64,000 nucleotides of DNA from Macrostomum lignano (taxonomy: Eukaryota). Numbering within the stretch: the stretch's first letter is position 1; each line of letters starts with the position of its first letter. The position numbers and the translations under genes are program-made. Positions 63,373 to 64,000 of this stretch are shown here, piece after piece. The notes under the pieces were generated by a model, which had not been told where the DNA came from, made no database searches, and saw nothing but the letters and a program-made list of their open reading frames with translations. The stretch is from contig NIVC01002094.1 of assembly GCA_002269645.1 (NCBI GenBank), positions 1 to 64,000 on the forward strand, given 5' to 3'.

Positions 63373-64000
63373 ACCCGAAGGCCCCCCGCTCCTGGAGCGC
63401 TGGGACGCCGTTCGTCTCATCGGCCGCGGAGCCTTCGGCGAAGTCCACGAAGTTCGAACTGACACGGGCGTCACGTGTGCTGCCAAGACTCTCAGACTGC
63501 CTGTGCAGCTCGGTGATGAGCTGCCCTCTGTGAGCACAGAGATCCACAGAGCTATCGAGAGCGAGAGAAACCTGTGCCGACTGCGGCATCCCAACGTCGT
63601 CAGGTTCTTGCACATCGCTCAGCCGGAGCCCGCCACAGTCGTTGTATTCATGGAGCTGCTGGACGGCCGAAGCTTGGAGAGGTTTATCGACAACAAGCCG
63701 CTGGACGAGCTGACGATTCGAGACTTCAGCGAGCAGGTGAGCATTGTGCATCCTTGATGCTCCTGTTCCATGTTCCCATGAATGATGACTGCTCACTGAC
63801 CGACCGCTCGCAGATCTGCCGCGCGCTGCTCTACCTGCACAGCCGGCAGCCGCCCGTGATCCACAGAGACATCAACTGCTCGAACATAATTGTTTGTGCT
63901 GACAACACGCGAATCAAGCTGATCGACTTCGGCCTGTCAATCAAGCTGGAGCAGTCCGTCAGCCACATGTCAGCCTCCACTCAGGCACCTAAAGGCACTC
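63373..64000 (+). CDS. Kinase exons of the second ANK-kinase gene (63373-63736, 63814 to past the window edge); recent duplicate of 42594-43220
   Basis: Nearly identical to copy 1, including the 77-nt intron; motifs [16 protein letters not shown] and DFG. The phase-2 acceptor CATCAG| matches the donor at 62787. Confidence 0.93.

Overview
Animal (non-vertebrate-like) genomic DNA with short GT-AG introns, TTAGGG tracts and very high minisatellite content. A flatworm such as Macrostomum is my guess from style only; I did not verify it. The window has two parts. (1) 1-40.7 kb is AT-rich and repeat-dominated. It holds a 14.8-kb head-to-tail array of non-autonomous Helitron-like units, a 1.66-kb foldback element and a 346-bp MITE (both with CANRG termini and 8-bp TSDs), a decayed Penelope-like retroelement and many mini/microsatellites. 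(2) 40.9-64 kb is a cluster of intron-containing, immune-type genes. The main observation is that five ORFs listed separately by the ORF track each end on a stop codon lying inside a phase-2 splice donor, and each can splice in frame to the next. Together they give one predicted ~2250-aa protein: ankyrin-like cap, MAP3K-like kinase, cGAS/Mab-21-like nucleotidyltransferase, 17 near-identical ankyrin repeats that vary almost only at binding-surface positions, and a second cGAS/Mab-21-like nucleotidyltransferase. Downstream lie an RTE-type LINE fragment, a secreted fibrinogen-domain gene and a second ankyrin-kinase gene whose kinase exons are a recent copy of the first. All splice models are inferred from sequence and need RNA evidence.
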